64,000 nt of DNA, from assembly GCF_009834535.1 (NCBI RefSeq), contig NC_045697.1, positions 87,298,001 to 87,362,000 on the forward strand. Reading direction: 5' to 3'. Position numbers and translations under genes: made by a program. Positions 63,690 to 64,000 of the stretch are shown piece by piece. Under the pieces are notes generated by a model, which saw only the letters and a list, made by a program, of their open reading frames with translations, ran no database searches and had not been told where the DNA came from. Source of the DNA: Camelus ferus (Eukaryota). Position 1 is the first letter of the stretch. Each line of letters opens with the position of its first letter.

Positions 63690-64000
63690 GTCTGCTCTTT
63701 TTTCTCGCCAAGTCGTATTGTCCATGCTAAGTATGTACCACATTTTGTTTATAATTCACCCGTTGAAAGATTGTTCCCAGTTTTGGGTCATGAATAAAGC
63801 TTCTCTGAACATTCTCGTACAGATATTTATGTGAAGATATCTTCATTTCTTTGGGATAAATGCCCAAGAGTACAGTTTGGGTCATGTGACAGTTATGTGT
63901 TTCATTTCATTTAGGTCTTTTTGATATCTTTCATCTCCATTTTGTAATTTTTACCATACAGAGCCTGTACATGTTTTAAGTTTATGCCTAAATCATTTTT
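63690..64000 (-). mobile_element. Old L1M 3' fragment
   Basis: gtaccacattttgtttataattcacc...atgaataaagcttctctgaacattc...tttctttgggataaatgcccaagag. Confidence 0.7.

Noticed and set aside
1..64000. A novel multi-gene or prokaryote-style system
   Set aside because: The window is explained by one host exon, ordinary mammalian repeats and non-coding DNA; I see no foreign or gene-dense segment.

Overview
Mammalian genomic DNA, very probably camelid (Vicugna/Camelus), judged from three tRNA-derived Vic-1-type SINEs and the absence of Alu, Bov-A or PRE-1 repeats. The only host coding sequence I can support is the terminal coding exon of the AAA+ ATPase AFG2A/SPATA5 (+ strand, 29741-29917, ending ...[14 protein letters not shown]). 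Positions 1-29740 are therefore most likely its last intron, and the rest is 3' UTR plus intergenic DNA (towards SPRY1 if human synteny holds). The window is dominated by interspersed repeats: the 5' half of a young L1 (CpG-rich 5' UTR, ORF1 broken only by one extra base in a T9 run), a young 5'-truncated L1 with an 18-bp TSD, old L1M/L2/MIR pieces, MaLR/ERVL LTRs and hAT MITEs. I see no convincing new biological system. The best leads are an unexplained ~100-bp direct repeat pair 2.3 kb apart, a possible ORF0-like in-frame L1-antisense/AFG2A splice fusion, repeat-created cryptic splice acceptors, an LTR41-borne CTCF motif, CpG-rich candidate enhancers and a nested MER102/SINE/L1 insertion. 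Repeat subfamily names come from remembered consensus sequences, not from a search, and most repeat boundaries are approximate.
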